Shown piece by piece: positions 55,508-64,000 of a DNA stretch of 64,000 nt (position 1 is its first letter; each line of letters starts with the position of its first letter). Below the pieces are notes generated by a model, which had not been told where the DNA came from, ran no database searches, and saw nothing but the letters and a program-made list of their open reading frames with translations. A program made the translations under genes and the position numbers. This stretch comes from an uncultured Gemmatimonadales bacterium (GTDB taxonomy: Bacteria; Gemmatimonadota; Gemmatimonadetes; Longimicrobiales; RSA9): assembly GCA_963741945.1 (NCBI GenBank), contig CAVUKA010000001.1, positions 832,001-896,000 of the forward strand, read 5' to 3'.

Positions 55508-56767
55508 TCAGGGCAGGACCTTGGCCACGGTGGAGGCCAGATGGACCAGGCGGGACGATTCCCGGCCGCTCACTGTTCCCTGCGCGAGCGCCTCGAGGAA
55601 GGAGGGAGCATTGTTGTCGAACGCCGGGACCTCCACGTACGCGCGCCCGATCTCGCGAAGGGTATGCGCGTCCGATCCGCCACCAGTGGGCAGCCCCCGG
55701 GCCCGGGCCCAGTCCCGGGCCCGGTCGTTGAGCGACGGGTCGTGCAGCCGCGCGTTGAACGCTTCCACGATGTCCACCCGGTCCTCGATGAGCGGGAGGA
55801 TCTTTCCGCTTCCGCCCTTGCCGCCCGCGAACGGGTGCGGCACGTAGACCAGGCCACCCTGCTCGTGGATCCGCTCGCACGTCTCCACGGCCCCCGTTCC
55901 CTTCGGAATCCACTCGGAAAGATAGAGCCCCACCACATCCACGCCCTCCGCCGTCTTCACCTCCTCGCCCGGGATCACCCGGTCCGGGTAGCGGGCGCAC
56001 AGGTCGAGCGCGGCTTCGATCTCGTTGTGGTCCGTGATGCAGACCCGCCCGAGACCGGCCTCAACCGCACGCTCCACCACCGCGTCCGGGTGGCTCCGGC
56101 AGTCGAACGAGAGGCGCGTGTGCACGTGCATGTCCACCCGCACCCGTCCCGCGGAGGACGATTCCCGGGCGCCCGCCCTGCGCCGGATCTCGCGCCACGC
56201 CGCCGCCGCGGCTTTCTCGAGCTCCTCCCGCGAGCCGTCGTTCCGGATGAGCACGTCCGCACGGCCCCGCTTCCCGGCCACCGGCATCTGGGACCGCATC
56301 ACCCCGCGGATCTCCTCGGCGGTGAGCCCGCGGTCCCGCGCCAGCCGGTTCGCCCGCACCTCCGCTGGCGCGTCCACCAGAACCACCATGTCGAACGCGT
56401 CCGCGAGATCGAGCTCGAAGAGGAGCGGAATGTCGTGCACCACGATCTCCCACCCCTCCTCCGCGAGCCGCGCCTCCTCGGCCTCGCGCAGCCGCTGCAC
56501 TTCGGGGTGGACGATCGCCTCCAGCCGCCGCCTCGCCGAATCGTCGGCGAACACGCGGCGGCGCAGCGCCGCCCGGTCCAGCTGACCGTCCCGGACGACC
56601 TCGTCGCCGAACGACTCTCGTACCCGCTCCAGTCCGGCGGACCCCGGCTCCACCGCCCGACGGGCCAGCGCGTCCGCGTCGATCACCGCCGCGCCGAGCT
56701 TCGTCCACGCCCGGGCGACGCTGGACTTCCCGCTCGCCACGTTCCCCGTCAGACCGACTCGGAACAC
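55508..56767 (-). CDS. coaE: Dephospho-CoA kinase fused to PHP-domain phosphoesterase
   Basis: GLTGNVASGKS, IDAD, LEAIVHP, DIPLLFE; then DMHVHT..S.D, ITDHN, GEEVKT, PHPF, GGSDAH. Confidence 0.88.
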   Translation of the reverse strand: MFRVGLTGNVASGKSSVARAWTKLGAAVIDADALARRAVEPGSAGLERVRESFGDEVVRDGQLDRAALRRRVFADDSARRRLEAIVHPEVQRLREAEEARLAEEGWEIVVHDIPLLFELDLADAFDMVVLVDAPAEVRANRLARDRGLTAEEIRGVMRSQMPVAGKRGRADVLIRNDGSREELEKAAAAAWREIRRRAGARESSSAGRVRVDMHVHTRLSFDCRSHPDAVVERAVEAGLGRVCITDHNEIEAALDLCARYPDRVIPGEEVKTAEGVDVVGLYLSEWIPKGTGAVETCERIHEQGGLVYVPHPFAGGKGGSGKILPLIEDRVDIVEAFNARLHDPSLNDRARDWARARGLPTGGGSDAHTLREIGRAYVEVPAFDNNAPSFLEALAQGTVSGRESSRLVHLASTVAKVLP

Positions 56768-56770
56768 CGG

Positions 56771-57220
56771 CTACCGCCTGCGCAGGCCGCTGCGGAAGGA
56801 ACGCGACGGCGCGTAGCGCATCGAGTCGCGGATATCGTCCGCGGTCCCGTACGCGGCGTCACGCCCGGCCGAGATCAGATAAAGGCTGTCCCGACGCTGC
56901 TGCACGGTGTACGGCACACCCCAGGGATCCAGCCCGTCCTCGCTCAGCTTCCGGACGACCAGGTAGTTCGCGAAATCACGCGCCTCCGGCGGAGGACGAC
57001 CCCGGTTCCGATCCCCCGTCAGGCGGGACACGAAATGCCCCAGCTGCGTCTTGGCCTGGATCTCACGATACGGATCCAGGATCGGCGACATGGGACCCTC
57101 GAGCTTCGCCCCCAGCCAGAGACGAAAGACATCGAGATGCGGATCCACCCGCTGCCGAAGCGGCGGCACCGTCACGGTGGCAAGGCCGAGGAAGAGGATT
57201 ACCAGAACCAATCGCTTCAT
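56771..57220 (-). CDS. Membrane-anchored protein with GspG-like C-terminal motif
   Basis: N-terminal TM; DPWGVPY...LISAGRDAAYGTADDI. Confidence 0.65.
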   Translation of the reverse strand: MKRLVLVILFLGLATVTVPPLRQRVDPHLDVFRLWLGAKLEGPMSPILDPYREIQAKTQLGHFVSRLTGDRNRGRPPPEARDFANYLVVRKLSEDGLDPWGVPYTVQQRRDSLYLISAGRDAAYGTADDIRDSMRYAPSRSFRSGLRRR

Positions 57221-57492
57221 TTCGCCCGCACCTCCCTTCGCCGCGTGCGGTGCATCCGGTTGGCCCAGCTCACGTACCGCGCGAGCTCCCCGACCGTCGG
57301 AGAGCGACCCTCCTCGCCGTACGCAGTGTGCAGGCGCCAGGACACGTATTCCCGCGGCGGCAGCGGCAGGAATGGGAAACGACGCCACCAGCCCCGGGCG
57401 CGGAACCGCCAGCCGGCGCGCGCCAGACCCACCAACACGCGGGGTCGCCCCAGAGTAAGGCCCAGCAGGCTTGCGAGCGTCTTGGTTTCCAC
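57217..57492 (-). CDS. Small basic hypothetical protein
   Basis: WWRRFPFLPLPPREYVSWRLHTAYG; overlaps next start; start uncertain. Confidence 0.6.
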   Translation of the reverse strand: METKTLASLLGLTLGRPRVLVGLARAGWRFRARGWWRRFPFLPLPPREYVSWRLHTAYGEEGRSPTVGELARYVSWANRMHRTRRREVRAK

Positions 57493-57747
57493 AGTCCGTT
57501 TGTGAGGTGATCCGGGGAGGGAACCCAGGAACGAAGATACTCGAACATACGATTCCGGTCGAGGGAGATGGCAGGCGGCGCCGCCGCCGTCGGGTTCTGT
57601 TCGCGGGAGTTGTGGTTTCGTTCCGGGACGCGCGCATGGTCCGCGGGGACCAACAACTCCCGCCAACAGAGCCAGCTCCAGCCCGGCGGACGGTAGCGGT
57701 CGTCAGGCGAGAATGGTTATCTTTTCCGGTCTGTCCACTCAAACGGG

Positions 57748-59928
57748 ATGAGCATGGCCTCCAGAGAAGCCAAGCCGAAACAGGGGAAGTCCGGCGGAAC
57801 GGGGGCGACGCGGAAGTCGTCCGGAAACGGCCGCCGGAGCGGACTGGATGCGTCGACGCTTCTGGCGCTGTACCGGACGATGGTCGCGGCGCGAAGGACC
57901 GATGACAAGGAGATCGGTCTGAAGCGGCAGAACAAGATCTTCTTCCAGATCTCCGGCGCGGGCCACGAGGCGGCGCAGGTGGCAGTGGCCCACCACCTCC
58001 GTCCGGGCAAGGACTGGTCGTACCTGTATTACCGGGACCGTGCCCTCAGCCAGGCGCTCGGTGTGACGCCGTACGAGCAGCTGCTCCAGGCGGTGGGGGC
58101 GGAGGTGGACCCGGCGAGTGGCGGACGGCAGATGCCGTCGCACTGGGGGCATCGGGAGCTGCGGATCGTCAGCACGTCCTCGCCCACGGGGACGCAGTAC
58201 CTGCAGGCGGCGGGCACGGCGGAAGGCGCATGGCGCGCGGGGCTGCTCGAGGACATGCGTGAGAGGATCGAGTCGTTCGAGGACGACGAGGTGGTCCTCT
58301 GCACGACGGGCGAGGGACAGACGTCGGAGGGTGAGTTCTGGGAGGCGCTGAACACCGCGTCGAACCTGAAGCTCCCCGTCGTCTTCCTTGTCGAGGACAA
58401 CGGCTACGCCATCTCGGTGCCGGTGGAAGTGAACACGGCGGGCGGCAAGATCAGCAAGGTGGTCAGCGGGTTCCCGGACCTGTTCATCGAGGAGTACGAT
58501 GGCACGGACCTCCTGCAGAGCCTGGAAGCGTCTCGCAGGGCGGTGGAGCACTGCCGCAAGCGGAAGGGTCCGGCGCTGCTCCACGCTCACGTGATCCGGC
58601 CGTACTCCCACTCGATGTCCGATGACGAGCGGATGTACAAGACGGCGAAGGAGCGTGAGTCGGAAGCGGCGAGGGACCCGCTGGTCACGTTCCGGGCGTA
58701 CCTGGAGGACGAGGGCATTGCAGCGGCGGAGGCGCTGGACACGCTCGAACAGGAAGTCCGCGACGAGGTGAACGAGGCCGCCGACCGGGCGCTGGAGCAG
58801 CCGCAGCCGGCGCCGGAGACGGCGATGAAGTTCCTCTACTCGGAGGAAGCGGACCCGACGTCGTCCGAGTTCGACACGGAGGATACGCCGGCGTTCGAGG
58901 GGGACGAGACCACCATGGTGGACCTCCTCAATTCATGCCTCCGCGACGAGATGGAGCGGGACCCGCGGATCGTTCTGTTCGGCGAGGACGTGGCCGATGC
59001 CAGCCGGGAGGAAGTGCTCGGCGAGTGCAAGGGCAAGGGCGGCGTCTTCAAGGTGACGTGGGGGCTCCAGCAGAGGTTCGGCGGCACCCGCGTCTTCAAC
59101 TCTCCGCTGGCCGAGGCCAATATCGTGGGCCGCGCCATCGGCATGGCGCTGCGCGGGCTAAAGCCGGTGGTGGAGATCCAGTTCTTCGACTACATCTGGC
59201 CGGCGTTCCAGCAGCTGCGCAACGAGCTGGCCACCATGCGCTACCGCTCTGGTGGCACCTGGGCCGCGCCCGTGGTGGTGCGGGTCACGTACGGCGGATA
59301 CCTCAAGGGTGGCGCCATCTACCACAGTCAGACGGGCGAGACGCTGTTCACCCATACGCCCGGGCTGCGCGTGGTCCTGCCATCGACGGCGCTCGATGCC
59401 GCCGGTCTGCTGCGCACCGCCATCCGCTCCGAGGACCCGGTCATGTTCCTGGAGCACAAGCACCTGTACCGCCAGGTCTACAACAAGAGCCCCTATCCGG
59501 GCCCTGACTTCATGATCCCCTTCGGCAAGGCGAAGGTGGTGCGCGAGGGGACGGACCTGACCGTGGTGACGTGCGGCGCCGTGGTGAAGCGGTCGCTCGA
59601 CGCGGCGAGAATGGCGCAGGACCAGGACGGGATCAGCACGGAGGTCATCGACCTGCGCAGCCTGAACCCGCTGGACATGGAGACCATCGCCGCCAGCGTG
59701 AAGAAGACCAACAAGGTCATCGTCGCCCACGAAGACAGCCTGAGCTGGGGCATCGGGAGCGAGATCAGCGCCCGAATCGCCAGTGACCTGTTCGAATGGC
59801 TGGACGGCCCCGTGAAGCGGGTCGCCAGCCTGGACACGTGGGTGGCGTACGCGCCGCAGCTCGAAGCGGCGATCCTCCCGGATGCGGAGAAGGTGCTGAC
59901 GGCGATCCGGGAGCTGGCGCGGTACTAG
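57748..59928 (+). CDS. 2-oxoacid dehydrogenase E1, fused alpha/beta subunit
   Basis: GHEAAQ, YYRD, TPP motif [12 protein letters not shown]...[32 protein letters not shown]. Confidence 0.93.
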   Translation: MSMASREAKPKQGKSGGTGATRKSSGNGRRSGLDASTLLALYRTMVAARRTDDKEIGLKRQNKIFFQISGAGHEAAQVAVAHHLRPGKDWSYLYYRDRALSQALGVTPYEQLLQAVGAEVDPASGGRQMPSHWGHRELRIVSTSSPTGTQYLQAAGTAEGAWRAGLLEDMRERIESFEDDEVVLCTTGEGQTSEGEFWEALNTASNLKLPVVFLVEDNGYAISVPVEVNTAGGKISKVVSGFPDLFIEEYDGTDLLQSLEASRRAVEHCRKRKGPALLHAHVIRPYSHSMSDDERMYKTAKERESEAARDPLVTFRAYLEDEGIAAAEALDTLEQEVRDEVNEAADRALEQPQPAPETAMKFLYSEEADPTSSEFDTEDTPAFEGDETTMVDLLNSCLRDEMERDPRIVLFGEDVADASREEVLGECKGKGGVFKVTWGLQQRFGGTRVFNSPLAEANIVGRAIGMALRGLKPVVEIQFFDYIWPAFQQLRNELATMRYRSGGTWAAPVVVRVTYGGYLKGGAIYHSQTGETLFTHTPGLRVVLPSTALDAAGLLRTAIRSEDPVMFLEHKHLYRQVYNKSPYPGPDFMIPFGKAKVVREGTDLTVVTCGAVVKRSLDAARMAQDQDGISTEVIDLRSLNPLDMETIAASVKKTNKVIVAHEDSLSWGIGSEISARIASDLFEWLDGPVKRVASLDTWVAYAPQLEAAILPDAEKVLTAIRELARY

Positions 59929-59946
59929 CCCCCGAGGCTCCGCCCC

Positions 59947-61056
59947 ATGCCCTCCACGGCCCGCTTCCTCCGGCAGTTCCTCCTGCCGCGTCCAGGCGCG
60001 ATTCTCGAGGAGGAGACCACGTATCGGCGGGGGGATGAGATGCTCCCGGCCACGCTGTACCGGCCGCGTCGGCGCGGCCGGGGCGGGCGGCCTCTTCCAG
60101 GCTGGATGACGCTGCACGGCCTCACCTACCACGGGCGGGCGCACCCCTCACTTCGGCGCTTCGCGCGCAGCCTCGCGGCATCCGGCGCCGTGGTCCTCGT
60201 GCCCGACCTCCCCGAATGGCGGGCGCTCCACGTGGCGCCGCGCAGGACCGTGGATACCATCCGTGCCGCGGTGCTGGAGCTGGACGGGCGCGGCCTCACG
60301 GAGCCCGGCCGCATCGGCGTGATGGGATTTTCGTTCGGCGCAACGCAGGCCCTGATCGCGGCCACGGAGCCTGTGCTTCGGGACAGGATCGCCGGCGTGG
60401 CGGCCTGGGGCGGGTACGCCGACATACGGCGCGTCGCACGCTTCATGTTCCTGGGCGAGCACGAGCTGGACGGCACGCGTCATCACGTGGAGCCCGACCC
60501 GTACGGCCGCTGGATCCTCGCGGGCAACTACCTGCCGCTCCTTCCGGAGCACCGGGACGACGTCGCCCTTCCGGCGGCGCTGCTGGCGCTGGCGCGGGAG
60601 GCCGGCCGGCTGGGGATCATGGCATGGGACCCGCAGCTGGACCAGCGGAAGGCGGCCGCCCGCGCGGGTCTCACGCCGGAAGCCCGGGAGCTGTTCGATC
60701 TGCTCGCCGTACCCGCGGGTGCGACGCTGTCGCCCGACCAGCGGACCCGGGTCGCCACGCTGGTCGACCGGCTGGCCGACGCCGCGCTCGCCGCGGAGCC
60801 GATCCTGGACCCCGGTCCCTGGCTTTCCAGCGTCCCGGTGCCGGTCTTCCTTGCCCACGGCCGCGACGACCGGTTGATCCCGTGGACGGAGATGGTGCGG
60901 CTGCGGCGAGCGCTACCGCCCGATCGCCTGACCGGTGGCGGGATCACGTCGCTCTTCTCCCACTCTTTCGGCCAGCGCCACGCCCCGTCGCTGCGTACAG
61001 CGGTGGAGGCCGTGCGCTTCGTCCGGCTGCTGAACGGGCTGGTGGGGCTGGTCTGA
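59947..61056 (+). CDS. Alpha/beta hydrolase fold protein
   Basis: LHG, GFSFG nucleophile motif, HGRDDRLIP. Confidence 0.75.
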   Translation: MPSTARFLRQFLLPRPGAILEEETTYRRGDEMLPATLYRPRRRGRGGRPLPGWMTLHGLTYHGRAHPSLRRFARSLAASGAVVLVPDLPEWRALHVAPRRTVDTIRAAVLELDGRGLTEPGRIGVMGFSFGATQALIAATEPVLRDRIAGVAAWGGYADIRRVARFMFLGEHELDGTRHHVEPDPYGRWILAGNYLPLLPEHRDDVALPAALLALAREAGRLGIMAWDPQLDQRKAAARAGLTPEARELFDLLAVPAGATLSPDQRTRVATLVDRLADAALAAEPILDPGPWLSSVPVPVFLAHGRDDRLIPWTEMVRLRRALPPDRLTGGGITSLFSHSFGQRHAPSLRTAVEAVRFVRLLNGLVGLV

Positions 61057-61076
61057 GAGGCCGAGGATCGGGAGGG

Positions 61077-62099
61077 TCAGCCCGCGCGCACGCCCCGGAG
61101 CGCTTCCACCGCGTCGGTGATCCGGGCCAGCATCCACTCGGTGGCCTCCGGGTCCCCGGGTGTGTCCGACATGGCGGGCTTCCCGGCGCGATCCAGCGTC
61201 ACGCGTGCCATCGAGCGGTGGCCCCCGCCCCGCCCCTCCTGCTCCGCCAGCGCCCGCGCCAGGTCGCCCGCCCCCAACCCGGCCCCCACGCGTCGGATGT
61301 TCAGAACGATCTCGTCCCCGACGACGCCGGCCGCGGCGGACCAGGAAACGCCCTCGATGGTGAGGCAGAAGTCGGCCAGGTTCGGCAGGACGTGGGCAGC
61401 GCGGGCGTCGAGGCGCCCGACGTAGGCGACGGCGACGTCGCCCTGCTTGCGGAGCCCGGCCAGCGCCTGCCCCGTGGCACGCACGCCGTCCTCGGAGAAC
61501 GCGGGCCGCCCGATCTTTCGGAGCAGCTCCTGGTCCGCCACTCCCTGCAGGAACGCGTACGCTTCCACATCGGCGCCGGTCGTGCCCCGGCGCAACACTT
61601 CCGTGTCGGTCCGGATCCCGTACAGCAGCGCGGTCGCCAGTCGAGGCGTGATCCGGCGCACGTCTCCCACCCGGAGATACTGCGTCACCATGGTGGACAC
61701 TGCTCCCATGTCGGGGCGGATGTCGAGGAAGTCGGCCGTGTAGCCTTCGCGCGCCGGGTGGTGGTCGATGACCGCGAAGCGCGGACGCGTGGCCGAAGCG
61801 CCCGGCTGCGTGTCCGCCGTGATCACCCGCTTGAAGCCGTTCAGCTCCGCGTCCGTCACCCGTACCACGCGGAGGTCCAGCAGCTCCGTCATCCGCTGGT
61901 TCTCGGCGCGGGTCACCTCGCCCAGGCTGATCAGCGGGCTCTCTTCTTCACGCCGGTGCAGGAGCGTGCGCAGCCCCAGCGCGCTCGCCATCCCGTCCGG
62001 ATCCGGATCGTCCTGCACCAGGATCGGCACCACCGCCGCGCCCCGGGCGAACGCCCGCAGCTCGTGGACTTTCCGGGCAACATCATCTTTCGGCTTCAT
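61077..62099 (-). CDS. DHH family phosphoesterase
   Basis: PDPDGMASA, VIDHHP, LYGIRTDT, GGGHRSMA. Confidence 0.88.
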   Translation of the reverse strand: MKPKDDVARKVHELRAFARGAAVVPILVQDDPDPDGMASALGLRTLLHRREEESPLISLGEVTRAENQRMTELLDLRVVRVTDAELNGFKRVITADTQPGASATRPRFAVIDHHPAREGYTADFLDIRPDMGAVSTMVTQYLRVGDVRRITPRLATALLYGIRTDTEVLRRGTTGADVEAYAFLQGVADQELLRKIGRPAFSEDGVRATGQALAGLRKQGDVAVAYVGRLDARAAHVLPNLADFCLTIEGVSWSAAAGVVGDEIVLNIRRVGAGLGAGDLARALAEQEGRGGGHRSMARVTLDRAGKPAMSDTPGDPEATEWMLARITDAVEALRGVRAG

Positions 62100-62290
62100 C
62101 GGCACCACATTCTCCCGGCGGCGGAGTGCGACCGGCTCCTCGCTCCCGGTCCCGAGCCGCCTGCGGCTTCGACGATGCCCGTTCCCGGCACCGCGGGCAA
62201 CCCCCCGCCCCCGGCCTCCCACGGTTTACCCGCTCCCCGTGGTTGGATATGTTTCCGGCAAAGCTCCGGCAAATACCCCCGACCTGCAAC

Positions 62291-63970
62291 GTGAGCATCC
62301 TGTCGAGACTGACCCGCGGGCTGCGCCCCGCGCGCCAGGATGACGCGCCGTCCAGCGGACGGGGCGTCATCCCGCGTGAGGCGTTCGAGCGCATCATCGA
62401 GATCGCCGCCGACGCGATCATCACCGTCGATGAGGGTCAGCGCATCCTCCTCTTCAACAGCGGCGCCGAGGAGATCTTCGGCTACCCGCGCGGCGAGGTC
62501 ATCGGCAAGCCGCTGGCGATCCTCCTCCCCGAGCGTTTTCGCTCGCACCACGCGAACCACATGCGCAGCTTCGCCGCCAGCGCCACGGCCGCCCGCCGGA
62601 TGGGCGAGCGGCGCGAGATCTCGGGGCTGCGCCGCGACGGCACGGAGTTTCCCGCGGAGGCTTCCATCTCCCGCCTGGCCACGCCCGACGCGGTGATCTT
62701 TACCGTGGTGCTCCGCGACATCACGGAGCGCAAGCGGGCGGAGGAGCGTCAGCGCTTCCTGGCGGACGCGAGCGAGGCGCTGGCCCTGTCGCTCGACTAC
62801 AAGGACACGCTCGCGCGTCTCGCCCGCGTGGGGCTCCCGCACCTGGCCGACTGGTGCGTGGTCGACCTCCTGGAAGACGGCGAGCTGGTCCGCGTCGAGG
62901 CCGCGCACGCCGACCCCGATCGGGAAGCGGACGCGCGCATCCTCCTCGCCCACCCGCCGACCCGCGAGCGCCACCACCCCGCCCTCACCGTGCTGGATAC
63001 GGGCGAGCCCGAGATCATCGAAGAGGCCAGCGACGCGTTCCTCCGCGCCGTCGCCCACGACGACGAGCACTATCAGGCCCTCCAATCCCTCGGGCTCCAC
63101 TCGCTCCTCGTGGTCCCCCTCACCGCTCGCGGTCGGATCCTCGGCACGTTCTCGCTCGCTTCCGCCAGGCCCGAACGGCGCTTCGACCCCGATGACGCCC
63201 TGCTCGCCGCCGACCTCGCGCGCCGCGCCGCCATGGCCGTAGACAACGCCCGCCTCTACCGTGAAGCCCGTGACGCCGTAGCCGCTCGCGACGAGGTGCT
63301 CGGCGTGGTGTCCCACGACCTGGGGAACCCCCTCACGGCCATCCGCGTGGCCGCCCGCGTCCTCGATCGCGTCCTGGACGCCCGGGAAATCGACGCGGCC
63401 CACGCACAGGTCGAATCCATCCGCGCCGCCGCAGTCCAGGCCTACCGCCTCATCGGAGACCTGCTCGAAGTCCGGCGCCTCGAGGCGGGCCGCCTTCGCC
63501 TCATCATCAGGCCCGAAAGCGTCCAGCAGCTCATGGATGAGGTGGTGCGGACGCTCGGCCCCGTGGCCGAGGACCAGGGCGTGCACCTCGCGCATGAAGG
63601 TGGCGTCGATGCTGCCCAGACCGTCCGCGTCGACGCCGACCGCATCCAGCAGGTCTTCTCCAACCTCGTCGGGAACGCCCTCAAGTTCACCCCCGCCGGC
63701 GGCACCATCACCATCACCGTCGAAGCCACCGAGGATGAGGCGGTCTTCTCCGTTCAGGACACCGGCCCCGGCATCCCCGCGGCCGACCTCCCCTGCGTCT
63801 TCGACCGCTTCTGGCAGGCTCGGCAGCACGGCAGCCACGGCCTCGGCCTCGGCCTCGCCATCGCCAAAGGACTCGCCGAGGCACACGGCGGCAGGATTTT
63901 CGTCGAAAGCGAGGAGGGGCACGGCTCACGCTTCGCGTTCACCGTGCCCCTCCACCCGGAAGGCGCTTGA
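62291..63970 (+). CDS. PAS/GAF sensor histidine kinase
   Basis: PAS (FNSGAEEIFGY), GAF (DWCVVD), SHDLGNPL, NLVGNALKFT, GLGLGLAI; start uncertain (62249 or 62291). Confidence 0.92.
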   Translation: MSILSRLTRGLRPARQDDAPSSGRGVIPREAFERIIEIAADAIITVDEGQRILLFNSGAEEIFGYPRGEVIGKPLAILLPERFRSHHANHMRSFAASATAARRMGERREISGLRRDGTEFPAEASISRLATPDAVIFTVVLRDITERKRAEERQRFLADASEALALSLDYKDTLARLARVGLPHLADWCVVDLLEDGELVRVEAAHADPDREADARILLAHPPTRERHHPALTVLDTGEPEIIEEASDAFLRAVAHDDEHYQALQSLGLHSLLVVPLTARGRILGTFSLASARPERRFDPDDALLAADLARRAAMAVDNARLYREARDAVAARDEVLGVVSHDLGNPLTAIRVAARVLDRVLDAREIDAAHAQVESIRAAAVQAYRLIGDLLEVRRLEAGRLRLIIRPESVQQLMDEVVRTLGPVAEDQGVHLAHEGGVDAAQTVRVDADRIQQVFSNLVGNALKFTPAGGTITITVEATEDEAVFSVQDTGPGIPAADLPCVFDRFWQARQHGSHGLGLGLAIAKGLAEAHGGRIFVESEEGHGSRFAFTVPLHPEGA

Positions 63971-64000
63971 CGCGGGATCTCCCCCACGATCGCGCCGCCG

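Noticed and set aside
2373-63922. Many long antisense/alternate-frame ORFs (e.g. 3106-5487, 28286-31144, 54011-57505, 62096-63922)
   Set aside because: Shadow ORFs typical of high-GC DNA, lying opposite well-supported genes and lacking motifs.
1-64000. rRNA, tRNA or prophage
   Set aside because: No recognisable rRNA/tRNA signatures or phage structural genes seen by eye.

Overview
GC-rich (roughly 70% by eye) bacterial chromosomal segment; gene content is most consistent with Gemmatimonadota (inference). The flanks hold housekeeping or envelope genes: S8 and M1 peptidases, a GH20 hexosaminidase, mltF, yfcC, class II ribonucleotide reductase nrdJ with tandem NrdR boxes, a peptidoglycan-recycling cluster (amidase, SSS transporter, GH3, anmK, murQ), nudC, pdaD-speB, fur, DHH phosphoesterases, a coaE-PHP fusion, a 2-oxoacid dehydrogenase E1 and histidine kinases. 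The stand-out is a ~12 kb non-canonical integron-like gene-cassette system between mltF and yfcC (~13.9-25.8 kb). It has a tyrosine recombinase that lacks the IntI-specific insertion but carries an extra N-terminal HARP-like domain and is transcribed TOWARD the array. A symmetric attI-like core site (GTATAAC-6bp-GTTATAC) lies downstream of it. Six intact and two broken ~145-bp attC-like repeats (TAAC...GTTA) show covarying branched stems. Each cassette has its own ~15-16-bp terminal inverted repeat with a G.T mismatch at the same position. Cassettes include three toxin-antitoxin pairs, an ORF-less cassette and a gene split by an intact IS21 (5-bp TSD). A decayed IS110 sits in one repeat, and its 3' non-coding region appears to carry guide-like matches to the repeat end and to its own end. 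No rRNA, tRNA or CRISPR array was recognised.
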